A DNA stretch of 64,000 nt from the human T2T-CHM13v2.0 reference genome, Homo sapiens (GCF_009914755.1 NC_060926.1); one strand, 5' to 3'. Positions 20,151-41,664 are shown, counted from the first letter of the stretch. The notes: generated by a model from the letters alone, not told the origin. Program-made: numbers and translations.

Positions 20151-20665
20151 CAAAGCTTTCCATAACTGGTCTCAACTGACCATTCTCATTTTTCCCCACC
20201 ATTCTCCCTCACATAGCCTAGACTGCTGTCAGCCTGACCTTGGGCCCTCCAGCCCCATGTGTGATGGTCAGCCTTTGTGCATTCTCTTCACTGATGGAAA
20301 GCCTCTTCCTCTGGTAGTTTTCTCTTCATCTTTCAATCCCCAGTCCAGGCACCTTCTCTATGAAGGCTGCCTGGACTCTGCCAAACTAGTTGTTGCTCCA
20401 TCCTCTGTGCTCCCACAACTGGATGTTGATATCTCTGTATTAGAACCTATAGTCTTATTTTTATCCTAACATGTCTGTCTGCCCCACAAGACTGTGAACT
20501 TTTACAGGGATGGAGTGGACTTTACTCATTTTTTTATCCCTAGCACTTCACGTGTTATGGTATCTGGCTCATGGTGTGTGTCCAGTGTTTCCTGAATGGA
20601 GGACTCTATTAATCAGGAATACATTTGACTGTGAATAGCAAATAAACATTCTTAGTGGCTTAAGC

Positions 20666-20888
20666 CAGAGTTTCTCAACCTCTGTGTTATTGACATTTTG
20701 GACCAGATAATTCTTTGTTGCGAGCTGTCCTGTGCCTTATAAGATGTTTAGTAGCTTCTTTCTAGATTCTACATACTAGATTCCAACACCTCCACCCTCA
20801 GCAGTTGTGACAGTCAAAAGTATCTCTAGATGTTGTCAAATGTCTCCTGAGGGGGAGGCGGGGAATTACCCAAGATGAGAACCACTGG
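20666..20888. mobile_element. MER20 (hAT-Charlie), within an old MLT1-like LTR fragment (about 20610-21300)
   Basis: cagagtttctcaacct...tgacattttggaccagataattctttgttg...gagaaccactg. Confidence 0.8.
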
Positions 20889-21592
20889 TGAATAGGTTTG
20901 TTTATTTCTTCTCACATAAAAAAGAAGTTGAGAGGTAAGCTGTTTCTAGCATTAGTTCAGCTGTTCAGCGATGTCATCAGAGACCTGGACACCTTCTGAC
21001 CTTCTTTCATCCCTTTTGGCCAGCTTTAGTGTGTGGGTTGGCTTATAGTGTCACAGTCACAAGATGGCTATTGCCCCTTCAACTATCATGTCTGCATTTA
21101 AGGCAGGAAAAAAGGAGCAGGATGAATGGCTAAGGCAGCCACGTCTCTACTATTTTTTATCAGGAAAGAAAAAATTTTTTCAGAAGCCATTTTACATATA
21201 CCTCATTGACCTGACCTGGGTCCCGTGACCATTCCTAGCTTCAGGGAGAGGCTTAGAAAGTGGAGAACAGGACTGGGGCACATTGTCACCCAGTAAAAAA
21301 CTGGTGTTCATTTAGCCAGGGAGAAGTGAGTGTGGAAATGGGGGAGGCGGTTAGTCATGTTTCTCTCAGAGAAGAAATCTAATATTTATTAATTGAATGC
21401 GGGAGTGATTTAAAGAATACGGGATGAATGAATATTAAGTAAATATTTCGAGTTCCTTACAATCCATTCATTTCTTACTCCTTGCTACCTCATTTAAGAG
21501 TCAGAAAGTGCAGACGTGCCTGACTAGAAGCAGGTGAGATCCTGGGAATTTTCTAATTCCGTGGCCATGGAGAAGGTGTGTGGGGTGTTATT

Positions 21593-23165
<1,573 letters not shown>

Positions 23166-24388
23166 TTTATAGACAGAGAGGTTTTCAGCATGGTTCCTGG
23201 CTCATAACTCCCATAACCCTTATTACAGTCTTTTGTTTATAATGTTTGGTGTGTCAGGCCTCAGGAAACAGAATCCTTCTGCCCTCCTTTCACGGGCCCC
23301 AAGGCAAGACTTTAATCTTCCCCTTTCTGATTGTGGGTCATAAGACCCTCCCCAGAGAGGGTCCCATCATATATCACAGGGGGAGGAATGCTGAAGTCAT
23401 GAAGCTTCAGTGATAACCCAAGAGGTTTGGATTCTGGATAGTTGAACACATGGAGGTTCCTGGAGGGTGGCACACCCAAGCAAGGCATGGAAGCTCTGCA
23501 CCCTTTCCCCGGTAACTTGCCCTACTCATCTCTTCATCTGTATCCTTTGCAGTATCCTTTATAATGAACTGGTAAAAGTAAGTGTTTCCCTGAGTTCTAA
23601 GAGCTGCTCCAGCAAATTAATTGAACTCAAAGAGGGTGTCATGGGAACCCCAACTTGAAGCTGGTCAGTGAGAAGTTTCAAAGGCCCAGACTTGTGACTG
23701 GCATTGCGGGGTGGGGAGTGGTTAGTCTTGGGGACTGAGCCCTCAACCAGTGGGATCTGACACTATCTCCAGGTGGACAATGTCCAAATTGATTTGAAGG
23801 ATGCCCAGTTGGTATCTGCTGCAGAATTAACTGCTTGCTTGTGGTGGGGAAAAACTCACACACATTTGGTCATAGAAGTCTTAGTGTTGATGATTGTTGT
23901 AGTGGTGTGAGAGCAAAGGAAAAACATCATTTGAGAGTTTTTCCCACAACAGTGTGTTTGCAGTTTTAAGCCTACAACACATCCTTTAACTCTCGCAAAG
24001 TGAACTGAATATCATCAGTTAACATTGTGAAAAGTTCACCTATGAGGACATGGTCCACCATATTCCCTTATTAAGCCCTAAGGTTAGTGCCTACTCACAG
24101 GATAGCGTTTAGAGAAATCAGCAGCACAGAAGAACCCAGACATCTCGAGAAAGGCTGAATGTCAAACTTCAATTTTCAATGAGTAAAAGCTTCTGCTTTT
24201 TTCTCTGGGTAGACAACAGTGAATAAGGAATAAGAAAACACAAATCCTCCAGGACATCATTAGACTTCTTTTCTTTTCACCTGTAGCTACATAGATAAGA
24301 GTCTGATATAAACAGATCTTAATGTGTCATCCAGGTAAGCTAGTACATCTGCAGCAAAGTGAACAGCATCCTCAATACCCTGGAAATT

Positions 24389-24660
24389 GCTGGGTGCAGT
24401 GGCTCGCGCCTGTAACCCCAGGAGGCCAAGGTGGGTGGATCACTTGAGCCCAGTCATTCGAGACCTGCCTTGGCAACTTGGCAAAACCCTAAAATACAAA
24501 AATGAGCAGAGTGTGGTCTGGCACATGCCTGTGGTCCTAGCTACTTGGTAGCTGAGGTGAGAGGATCGCTTGAGCCTCAGAGGTCAAGGCTGCAGTGAGC
24601 TGTGATTGTGCCACTGCACTCCAGCCTGGGTGACAGAGTGAGATGTTTCAAAAAAAAATT
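24389..24660 (+). mobile_element. AluJ, partly deleted
   Basis: Diverged Alu (cacttgagccc, aggctgcagtgagctgtgatt). Confidence 0.88.
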
Positions 24661-25049
24661 TAAAAATTTTTAAAAAGTAAAGAAGAATATTCCATGAAAA
24701 TTAACTTACATGGTGTAAGGAACCTGTTAAGACATAATTAGGGAGGATGACAGCTTCAACATTGTGAGTAAAATATATTTCATGCTTGTATGAAGTCTCC
24801 ACATCTACCTTCTAGGGGCAGGAGTGGCATGGTGGCTTCTCTGGGAGGGTCTTTAACATTGCTCTCCTTGCATACTATCGTTTCCATCAGCTTTTCTTTG
24901 TTTAGTTGAGAGGGTGAGTTGCTACCTGCTTCCCAACTGTGTGTGTTGGTGCCTTTTAGGTAGTTTATGTATTAGAGTATTAGGGAGGTGAAACTTTGAA
25001 TGACTTCTTTTCTCTCTTAATCCTTACATTACGAATGTTATAACCTTGG

Positions 25050-25712
<663 letters not shown>

Positions 25713-26374
25713 CTTGGTTAGTGCAGTAAACAAAAAACTTTCTTAAAATGCCTTTTACAATATCACTGAAAGACTCTAAGAGATGGCTTGATCCAACTTT
25801 CTCATTTACAGATCTGTATTTACAGATCTTATTTACAGAGTCTGAGGCAATAGAGGTAAAATCACTTCCCCAAGGTATCTCTAGGAATAGGCAATATCAG
25901 TCTTTCCAGAATATTATAGGCTAAAGAGAACTTCTGTGACCACCTCTACTTATTCTTATGGGGCAGGATGGGTTCAAATTGGCATTGTGGGCTGAGGACC
26001 CTTTCTTAGTTGCCTAAGGCAATTGGGACAAAATCCCAAAACTAATTGTTTTAAGCCCTGCCTTTTTCATGGAGCCCATGCTGCTGGCAGCAGCTTTTCA
26101 CATAGTCAATTAGAAAAATCATTTCTGTAGTTGATAGCTCTGTAGATTTAGCCAGGAATCTGTAGTGGTGGTTTGAAAAAGTGGATGCAAGAATTAATAT
26201 TCATTTCACTGTTCTCCAAAACACTGAATGGTGGCAGAATAATAAGCCCAGGCTATCTTTTCTGATTTTCCAAATGTTCTGTGTTATAAGCAACCTCATG
26301 AATTAGTTCAGTTGTAGGAAAGAAGAAATAATAAAGGAAAACAAGAGAAAAGACATTATGAAGGCATTAAATAA

Positions 26375-26724
<350 letters not shown>

Positions 26725-28462
26725 GGATTCTTTAAAACAAATATCAGTGGGGCTAACTTATGTTAGATAATAACAATGAAGCAGCAAAAAGAAAAAGCAA
26801 TGAAGAAAATAACAAAATGGAGAAAAAGAGGAAAGAGAATGTGAGGAAACCTCCTGGCATGGGGATGGCAAATACATGGGTATGAGCACAGCTTCACTCT
26901 TCAACCCTAGCTGCAGACCTGGCTCTTCAGTCAAGGCATGTTTTCTTCACAGCCTCGATGTGGCCTTGGAATCCCTCCCAACATGGTGCTCTAGGAGAAC
27001 ACTACCCAGTCCATCAGCTGAGCAGTTGTCCTCTTAGCCGTGACTGGTACAGCATGCTCTAGTTACTTACAGTAAATATCTGCCTACCCCTGAGCACGAT
27101 GGTTTAGGGATGACTTACAGAAAAGATTGCTAACTATGTTTCTTCACATGTTTGGGTAGGAGAAGAGAAAAATAGATTTTTCTTAAAGGGAAGAAGAGAG
27201 AGATGGACATTTATTGAGAACCTACTGATGGTGGGCTTCATGCTAGGGTTTTACGTATATCATCTCACTTAACACTGGTAGTAGTCCCCCAGATAGATGG
27301 TATTTATTCTGGTTTTACAAATGAGGAAACTAGCTCAAAGTTACACAGAGAGTATGTGGATGATGGAGTCAGGATGTGAAATGCCCATCCTCAAAATAAA
27401 TAAATTGAGGTGGTTGAACACATCTGAATATTCATTGTGAAATCAATCTGTAGAGTTCAATCAGAAAAAAATGCATTAATAAATTTTCTAATTGTAAATA
27501 ATCAGTTTAAACTTAAGCTTTTATTACAAATTAATTTGAGTAAATCCAGCCTCAATTTCCAATTCCCAGTGTCATTGTGATTTTTCCTCTTTAGGGGCCT
27601 CTCATTTAAAGTTTATGAGGAGGCAGCAGTAGCAGTATCAGAAACATTTATTAAGCACCTGTTGTATGCTAAGTGCTATCTATAGTGAGTAATACTGCAT
27701 TAGAAGGAATCTATAATTTCAGGACTTTTTCTTTCTAATAGCACAGATTAGTGCAATTTCTTAACCCAAGGCCCAAATTTAGGAGTCTAAGGATATAATG
27801 AATATATGGCTTTTTTTTAGGCAGCAGATGGTGGCCAGCTGTTCTGTCTCTTTACTCAAGGCCAAACATGAAGGGAAAAAATTAAAGTAACAGGGATTAT
27901 GGTAAATATAAGATAGAACTTAATCTAAATCTGAATTTTTATACACACAAAGGGGAATGGGCAATTGGGGGTAATTATCAGATTATCCAAGCCAAAATAG
28001 TTCTGCTACCTCCATTATCTACATAAGAGAAAATTATTTATATGGATTGAATTGTTCAGATAATTGTCTAGTATTTTGGGTTTCTGAGTAGACAGTCTGG
28101 GTGGTCATTGATATACATTGAGGGTCCTTCAAGGAATATTTTAAAATGGGAAAAGCGTTTATTTCTTTGCCATATGACTGGGGGCGTTTCTACTTAGATG
28201 CAAGTAATATTGATCAAATTTGTATAGTCACGATTCTTTGACCAGGATTTGGGCCCATTACAATAAAACCATAACAATTTTTACCCAATGTTTGAAGTCA
28301 ATTTTTAATTGTAAAAATAATGTATGAACACCCTTTCCTCTAAAATTTTTAAGTATCACATATAAAGCTAAAATTTCTTTTCCATATCCCTAATTCCATT
28401 TCCCAGCATCTGCCCAATGATGCCCCCTCTCTAAAGTAGCTTTAGTAGTTTTATCCTTTCAG

Positions 28463-28463
<1 letters not shown>

Positions 28464-28521
<58 letters not shown>
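28464..28521. repeat. Compound (CA)n(GA)n microsatellite
   Basis: Directly visible. Confidence 0.97.
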
Positions 28522-28974
28522 CGAGTGAGTTAGAGGAAGAGGAATTTGGACTTTAGCTTGTGAACCACACTTTTTATACCATTTGCCAACTGCTTTTCTA
28601 CTTATACATGTTAGAGATAAAACCATGTTGTTCCATAGCTCTAACAAAATTCCTTTCAACCCCCTCATTGACATTCATGATATTTATTTAGCCGTTCCTC
28701 TACTGGTGGATACTAAGATTATTTCCAGTTGTTTGCTAGCAGTGCTCAATAAACAATCCTAAATATTAAACATGTGTGAGGATTTCTTTAGGGGAGATTC
28801 TGAGCAGTTGACCTTTTCCAAGAGAAAATGATGTGCTCCAGAGACTCCGTAAGTCATTTGGGCCTAACAAAGAGAAAAGATGATGGAGATACTTGGGAGC
28901 CAGTTTCTTTGCTTATATAAACTCTGTCACTGGAAACAAGTCACTTAATTTCCCTGGGATTCTATTTCTGTAAA

Positions 28975-29180
28975 TCACTGATTCTCCAACCTTCTCACAC
29001 AACAGAAGCTCCTGGAAGGCTAGCTAAAATGCAGATTGGTGGGCCTCATCCCCAGAGTTTCTGATTCAGTGAGAAAGAAAGAGGGAGAGAGAGAGAGAGA
29101 GAAGAGAGAATTTGCATTTCTAATAAGTTTCCAGGTCATGCTGCAGCTGCTGATGAGGACACTACACTGACAGCCACTGT
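28975..29180. mobile_element. MER5A-like element with an internal (GA)n run
   Basis: aaaatgcagattggtgggcctcatccccagagtttctgattcagt...aatttgcatttctaataagtttccagg. Confidence 0.7.
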
Positions 29181-29345
29181 TCTAGGTGTATGTTGGGGAG
29201 ACTATCCTGTGGAAGAGATCATAGTTGAGGTTTTAAAGCCCCTAATAGATTATCTAGGGATATTTTAGGAGGCTTCCAACTTATTATCCAAACATAAGAC
29301 AATAACTCAAGATTTATCACAGTAACAGTATCAGATCAATGATAA

Positions 29346-29693
<348 letters not shown>

Positions 29694-30035
29694 TAACCAA
29701 GAGAGAAGTCAACCTAGAATCTTTGTTAGAAGGAATCTTGAAGGGTCATCCAGTCCAACTACCTGGCTAGGCTTTCATCAGTAGCATTCTTGACCTCATC
29801 AACTAGCGTCCCATTGAATAGATTCAGTGTTTATGAATTCACTCCCCAGCTCCTGAAGTAGCCCATTCCCTGTGTCGAGATGTCTGATCACCATCATGTC
29901 CTTCATAACCCTGACCATAGGAAACCATCCTTCAGAAGCTTCTAAGCATCTACCCCGGTTCTACCCTCAAGGCTTTACTGAACAAATCATTTCCCTTCTC
30001 CACTTGATGGCAGTCAATTATCATGTTCCCCTAAG

Positions 30036-30221
30036 TCAATGGTTCTCAAACTTTAGTACTCAATATCACTGTAGGAGTTTATTAAAATATAGACTCCCAA
30101 GGTCCAGCCCCAGAGATTCTGATTCTATGTCTGGAGTGTGGCCCAGGAATCCACATCTTTCATTGTATCTCCAGGTGATTCTGATGCAGGTGGTCTGCAC
30201 ATGACTGTTTCAGAGACCCTG
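30036..30221. mobile_element. MER5-family element
   Basis: caatggttctcaaacttt...ccagccccagagattctgattc...ccaggtgattctgatgcagg. Confidence 0.7.
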
Positions 30222-32669
30222 CTAAGTCTTTTTGTTTTTAAGCTCCACGTTCCCAGCCTCTTCATCAGTTTCTCATACGACATGGCTTGAGTTTCATCAC
30301 TATCTTGGTTGCTTAAGGCTGCCTGCCAAAATATACCCCTAAAGTATACTCATTGACCTTCCCACACTGATTTTTTATTCTTATCCTTATCCAAAATGAT
30401 GTCCTTCATATTTCTGTTTATGTTTGTCTTCCCTACTAGAATATAAAGCTTCATGAGGGCAGGGAAATTGTGTGCTTTGCTTACTCGTGTCATTCAGCAC
30501 TTCTGCCCATGCCTGATACATCAGTAGATCCTACGTCAAGTTTTATTTAATGGAGATGAAAAACCAATTTGATTTACAAAGTGGTGAATGGTGACAACAT
30601 GGTTATACCAAAGCCCTAAAACTCTACAGAGTGAATGATCCATTCTAAAAGAAGGAATTTGTTTAAAGTCTTTATAAATAAAAAAATGTTTCAGTCTGTG
30701 TAATTAGCCTTGAGATAAATTTTCACATTGACTTAGGGCTGTGCAGATCTCCAAGCCGGGTGCAGATGTTTTATATGCCTTTGAGTGCAAAACTCAATTG
30801 GAGGGATGAATCAAAGCAGAGCTCATTCATTCTAGGTTAGGATTTCAAAGCCATCTTTAAAACATACAAATCCTTCCCCAGTGTAAAAATGCAGGAGCAG
30901 AATGACCAAAATGAGAGGTGCAAATAAAAAATGTAGGCCATCTCCCACGCTAATACAATTTTTATCTAAAATGGTGATTCTTCTTTCTCCTCTCCCTTCC
31001 ATGAGTAAGAGTAACCAAGGGGAAAAAAATAGAGAAATAAAATTCATTGTTCATTGTGAGAGAACATCATTGAAAACAAAAGGAAAAATCCAGCCTCTTT
31101 AATCAAGGAAATTCAAATTAAAACCACAATTCAACACCATGTTATGCCTATTTTGGCAGTAACCAATAAGTCTGTTAATTCCATAGAGTGTCATAGTTAG
31201 AGAGCAATGGGACTCTCATATTCTAGTGGTAAGGATGTAAATTAGTGTAATCTCTTTGGGAAATAGTTTGACTTTCTTGATAAAGTCCAACATGAACATA
31301 TTCCACGAATATTTTCCACTTCAAAGATTATAAGTAGAAAAGTAGCAGTGGTTTTATTTATTTATTTATTTATTTTATTCATTTATTTTTTTTAGCCTAC
31401 TAGGTAGGCCTTTTAGGATTGCTTGGTAGCATTGGGTCTACCCAGGTATGAAGACTGCCTACCTCAAAAGTTGCCCATTTGTGTGTGTGCCTTTGTGTCA
31501 AACCTGGATCTATAGCGTAGATTTTTGTACTTCTTTCTTTCCCTTGTTAAAAAAAAATGTTCAGAAGAAGATAAAATCATGACTGGCATACAGAAATAAA
31601 GATGAATGTGTTAAAAAGAATTTATTTTATTCATACGTTATGAGGGAACTAGGCAGATGTTATAATCAGTTCAAAGGAAGAGTCAAAGTAGCATAGCTTA
31701 TATGAAATAAAAGAATGTTGGGATGAATTGCAAATGGAAATAAAACTGGTTTTCTGCAGTGGGTAGGAAGTCAATTAGAATCATTATCAGGCTGGACAGA
31801 ATTTACATATCTATTTATCAGTTGGAATTTAGAAAGAGTTGCAAAATGGCTCAAAGGGGATAACAGGACTCTAATAATCTGATAACTCAGGAAGTTATTT
31901 TAAAGACAATGTATATAGCTTTCTACTGAAACAGAAGCACCTTCCTGATACACTAATCCAAATAGAATATTCTTTGGATCCCTCACACGTATGTCAAGGA
32001 GAGCCAGACTGCTGGTACTCAGATAGAAGAAATCAACACTTTAAGTCAAAAGCCTGATATTCCAGATACCTGTAAACACTCATGAGTTCCAATGAGGTGA
32101 AAGGTGCTGGAGCATCAGAAGTGCCTGCCAGAGTGTCAAAGATACCAGGTGCACACAGGAAGAGCTAGGAAGGTTTGATAAGTGTAAAGAAGCCTGAATT
32201 AAAAGACCTGGTAAGCCTCAGATCTTCTACTTACTAAATTTCTCACCTTGGGCCAATTGCCTTCTCTCTGGCTTTCTCCTCTGTACAAAGAAAGAGTTTT
32301 TTATCAATGATTTTAAGTTCCCCCTCAGGATCTAATGTTTACTAAAGGAGCCAGCCAGTCCCTTGCAGAGACAGCCCTGTGGGAATGCCCAGGCATAGAG
32401 TTTTGACGCAGGGCAGGGAAGATCTGTTTGTGAATGTGAGGAGGAACAATGGGATTGGGGTGTCCTAGATCCCCAGTGTGCGGTGCAGAAGCCCCCAAAT
32501 CTGTGGGGAACTTGGGTAGTCAGTGAACAAAGAGAAGAGAAATGATAGGGAAGGAAGTCACTAAAAACAACCTTCTACCATTTATGGTTTTGCACAGAAC
32601 TTATCTCTACCTTTAGCAATATTGTAAGTTTATCACCAAGGTTGGCTCTGTCTCCACAGTTTACCTACA

Positions 32670-35500
<2,831 letters not shown>

Positions 35501-36625
35501 GTGGTAGTAGAGTCTGAAGCCTGATCAGTTAAGTTCAGTTCCGTTTTGCCCACGTTGTGTTGAAAGAGGTCAGATACTAGTTCTTTACATGAACGAAAGT
35601 AACCTAAGAAATAATCTGACAACTGATCAGGAACACACAAAGATTCCAAAATTTCTAAACACTTCTTTTCCTCCATAATTAAGTTGTCTTTCAGAAATAC
35701 AGAGCTCATGTTGAGTAAAGTCCAGGGCCACATTCCCTCTTTACTCCTTCTCCATGGTGCCCTCAGTCTCTCCTACCTGTCTTCTCTTTAAGGTCCTGCT
35801 TCCTCTGGGGGAAAGCCTGGAAGTTATGGAGACCTGATAGACTTTGTTTCTGGCTGTATCCTGGAAAAGCAATGTTTGGTCGTTACAGTTTCTCAGACTT
35901 ATGTCCTTCGCAATCTTCTGAGTAGAACCAGAGCAAAGACCACAAACCTTGTTTTTGCTGACATGGGCCAGGTCTCATAGGACAACTGTGGTGCATTTAA
36001 CAAAGTCTCTGTTTCTCTACTCTGTCTTACCAAAGATTTTTCTTCATTTGCACTAAAGAACATAAGAAAGGAGAATGAAGGGAAGTGAAAGCTCCCTTCC
36101 GCCCTCAAAGGTAATACTGTTCAAGTTAAATCAGTTAAATCGGCCAAGAAATTAACCACCGTTGTTTTGATGAGGGATGTGCCTACATTCCAAACAATAG
36201 CATTTTGTTGGGACCTCTCTATAAAGAGCATAATAACGTGTAACATGGAAAACCTATTATATCTAAACAAGCAAAAGCTAAAGAACTAAAAGAGATCAAT
36301 TCTTCCCAAATCTCCAATTTTTTTTCAGGTAGGAAAATTTTATTTTTGTGTAGGCAAGTTTATCAGTCTTTTCCTTTCTGGCAAGAAGTAGCATTTAACT
36401 TTACTCTTTCTTGTTTTTTTTCCCCTTGCATCAAAAATTAAACTTCATTAGCTGGAGTCTTGTCAGTTGTTTAAAAATATTAATGACCTGGACATCAGTG
36501 ACCTTGGATAATAATTTTAGCCTCTGTCATTTAATCTGTCATCTTGGATAAGTCATCTTATATCATTAAGAGTGGTTTTTGTTATCATTACTAGATAGAA
36601 GACTTGATGAGCTTGAGAGATCTTT

Positions 36626-37197
36626 TGTGGTGGCTTTAACATACGTCTACAAATTATTTGATATTCCTCCCTTCATTCCTCTCCTATTGAATGTGATCTG
36701 GACTTAGTGACTCACTTCTAAGGAATCGAAGAATATAGAAGAAATGAGCGTATGTCATTTCTAAGCCTAGGTCATAAAACACATTGCAAATTCTTCTCTT
36801 TCTCTCCCTCTCTGCCCCCAACCCCAACCCCAACCCCAAGACGCTTTGTTCTGAGGGAAGCCATCTTCTATATAATGAAGGGACTCAGGCAGTCCCCTGG
36901 AGAGGCCCACGTGGCAAGGAGCTGAGGCCTCCTGCCAACAGCCAGTGAGGAATAGAATCTTGCCACCAACAGCCATGTGAGTGAGTCATCTTGGAAATGG
37001 ATCCTCCAGTGCCAGTCAGGCTTTAAGATGACTGCAGCCATGGCTGACATCTTGACTGTAATCTCATGAGAGACCCTGGGCCAGAAATAAGCTGCTCCTG
37101 AATTCCTGACCCTCAGAAACTGTGTAATGATAAATATCTGTTTTTAAGGCATTAAATTTTGAAGTAATTTGTTATACAGCAATATAAAACAAACATA
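36626..37197 (+). mobile_element. MLT1E/F-like MaLR LTR
   Basis: ggacttagtgactcacttct...gagaggcccacgtggcaaggagctgagg...gtaatttgttatacagcaata. Confidence 0.8.
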
Positions 37198-37522
37198 TCC
37201 TGGAATCTTACAGATCCTTCCAGTTTATGATTCCATAATTTAAATGCAGGAGGATGTATCTCTAGTTGCCTGTTGCTTTTGCTAACAAACTGCTTTGCCT
37301 GTTACATTTAAAAACTCTTCCTTGAAACAGCCTGCATTCCATGCAACAAAACATTTTAGACAGAAAATGAAATGACATTTTTTGAATAGAGATATTTTTC
37401 AACTGGATATACACTATTGTGATAGCTTATATGTTTTAATAAAATGAAGCCTTGGGAAATTTATGTCTTCATAAAATTCTGCAGTGTTCTTTGGTCCTCG
37501 AGGGCCATCAGAAGTTATGTGG

Positions 37523-37852
37523 GGCCAGATGCGTTGGCTCATGCCTGTAATCTCAGCACTTTGGGAGGCTGAGGCGGGCAGATCACTTGAGGTCAGGAAT
37601 TCAAGATATGCCTGGCCAATGTGGTGAAACCCCGTCTCCACTAAAAATACAAAGGTTAGCCAGGTATGGTGGTACATGCCTGTAATCCCAGCTACTCAGG
37701 AGGCTGAGGCACGAGAATTACTTGAACCTGGGAGGCAGAGGTTGCAGAGACCCCAGATCACACCGCTGTACTCCAGCCTGGGCAACAGAGTTAAACTGCG
37801 TCTCAAAAAAAAAAAAAAAAAAAAGAAGAAGAAAAAAAAGAAAAAAGAAAAA
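37523..37852 (+). mobile_element. AluS
   Basis: Alu consensus; TSD agaagtta(t/c)gtgg. Confidence 0.94.
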
Positions 37853-39704
37853 GAAGTTACGTGGATTTCTTGACATTGTATGCAATGTGTTGTGTTAAGA
37901 GCATTTTCCAAGATAGAATTTGTATAGCTTTTACCAGACTTTCACAGAGCCTTGAGCCCCATGTCCTTCTCCCTACCCAAGATAATAGTTAAGAACCACT
38001 TATCTGGTTCCTATTCCCACCTGTGGAAAGTTAGGTACAGAGAGGTGAGTGACTCACCCACAGTTAGAGACAGAGATCTTCTGACTCTGAACTCAGTGCT
38101 CAGACTCCAATATATAAAATCAATTCTACTTAGAAGAGGCAGCTCAGGGAAGTCTGGTTTTTGCAATGCCCTAAAGTGTGCAGATTCTCAAGACAGACTT
38201 TTACATTTATTATTTTGCTGTTGCATATCTTTTGCTTAACTCATCATGCTGCTTCAGGAAAGGGGTAAAATGGATCTTTCCAGAAAACTCTCCCTTCCTG
38301 ATGGACCTCTTGGCTTGGTTCCTTTCAGCTTAGCCTTTACATTGAAGTACACAGGAGCTCAAAGTGATTTATCACCATGGTGCCTGCTAGAATCCAAAAT
38401 TATTCCGTGAAGGAAACATATTATGCTTTTCTTACTTGATTACTATAGATATGTCACTTACATGTTTCTTCACTATATTTTGAAAACTGCCTGTTTACAT
38501 ATAGTACTGTTACCCATGTCTTTCTGAACTAAGCTAGATATGAATATTATTATCATAATAAATTAAGATGTTTTGGTTGATGGACTGAAAATCAAAGTTA
38601 AGTTCTAATATTAATGATCAGAATACATTCTGCCTATTTAGAAACTAACAGTTGCTAAAAAAAAAAAAACACCCACAGATGTCCGAAAAATAAGTATAAA
38701 TCTTTGATTGGTGAACTGGAACATATCTTACACTCCTCTTATATCTTTCAAGGTGCTGGTCATTCATCAGATTCTTTAAATACTTCATCACCAGTAACAC
38801 TGAGCATTCACCATAAGCAAGCCTGGGCTACTTAAAGCCGGTGGAACCCATGTTGTAAATGGCTGGTCCTAAAAGTATAGGAAATCCTGATTTTACCATT
38901 GACTTTTCTCACCGCAATAGATTTGCCAGCCATTCCCACCATCCCTATGTGCTCCATGACACAATCTTTTTGCTGTGGCCAAAGCCAAGTCAGAGAAATC
39001 ATAACCAAAACTACAGTCCTGGAGAACCTGGGGCTGAAGAATCTGTGCTGATGCCATGAACTGTCCAGAGAAAGGTCTAAGCTTGACTCCTGGCTTTCCC
39101 TCCTCCCACTTAGCTCCGGAAGATATCTGCTATGAGCAGGTTCCTGGGTTCTGCCAAATGATCTAGCATCATCTGGTCTTGGCTACTGTTCAGGTTCAGA
39201 GAGCACTGCCCCTCCTCCCCAAAGGTGGAAACAGAGATTCAGAGCCTTGGAAACAGCCCCAGGGTTTCTGAATGCAAATGTTTCCAGCAAATTCAGCATT
39301 ATATCCTAACTTGCAAAATAATTCTGTAGCAGGAAGATAAAGTTGAATGAGTCAAGTACTAATTAGGTACACTTATTCTTCCATAAACAGGAAGATATGG
39401 ATATATTTGGCAGGGGGGAGGGATATCTTTCACATTTTAAAAAGTAAAAACAGCTCTATATTTAAAAGTAATTTCAAAATATCAGATTAGTCTCGTTTGA
39501 GGAATGGCAGGAAAATCCTTTGACAAAGAAATTAAGTTTATTTCAAAGTTTTCAAGGGGTTGAACTAAATTATAGATGGCAGCAAAGAGCAGAGAAAAAA
39601 ATGCCTTGCAAGTTTTCTAAAGAAAAACTAAGGTGAGATTTTCTAAAAGGATAATATATTCAAAAAGTTATATATAATATATATGTATAATATAATATAT
39701 ATAA

Positions 39705-40024
<320 letters not shown>

Positions 40025-40077
40025 TAAAAACAGGGAGAATAAAGGAGAAGAAAGGAAAGGGGAGGAAAAAACCCTTT

Positions 40078-41084
<1,007 letters not shown>

Positions 41085-41664
41085 TTAATCTGAAAGTTTA
41101 GAAGTTCACTAAAATGAAGTAATTTAAGAAAACAAATGTGGTTTTCGTGATTATATCAAGAAAATACACCTCCTCTATACGCTGAGTAAGATGAATAGCT
41201 CAGCAGAATCAGTAGTGTTAGGCTGTGATCACTTCTGCTATCTACAAATTGCTTTAGACGGGACTTTGCAAAGCAGAGTCAAAATATATACAATGGAATT
41301 TATTTTTTATAGTAGTAATACTAATATTTAGGAGTATTACTTTCACTAGGAGAGTTGTCTAAATTTCAGCTTTCTAAAAAGATTATTTTGATTTTGAATG
41401 CACTAGACACCAAGTATGCACTGAATATGAATTACAAAGCAACATTAAAAGGGAAGTAAATACACATTGCAGAACATATGAAAGTAGGGAAGAGCCAAGT
41501 TCATAAGTATAAATTTTGTATCTTTTACTACCTACTATGCTATTATTGGTGCTCGACAAATATTTACTATTAAAAAACAAGGTGTGTCAATGGTCCCGAG
41601 TAATTCTACTATGCTGAGTCAAATGGTGACTGAAAAGGCTTCACTTAATTCTTTTATTTTGCAG

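Noticed and set aside
19100-20153. ORFs of 60-125 aa
   Set aside because: Inside nested solo LTRs; no gag/pol/env similarity evident.
25804-25840. Three TTTACAGA(TCT) repeats
   Set aside because: Short slippage duplication within a MIR-like remnant.
31560-31950. Complex AT-rich sequence that may be an old repeat or conserved element
   Set aside because: I could not assign a family or function from the sequence alone.
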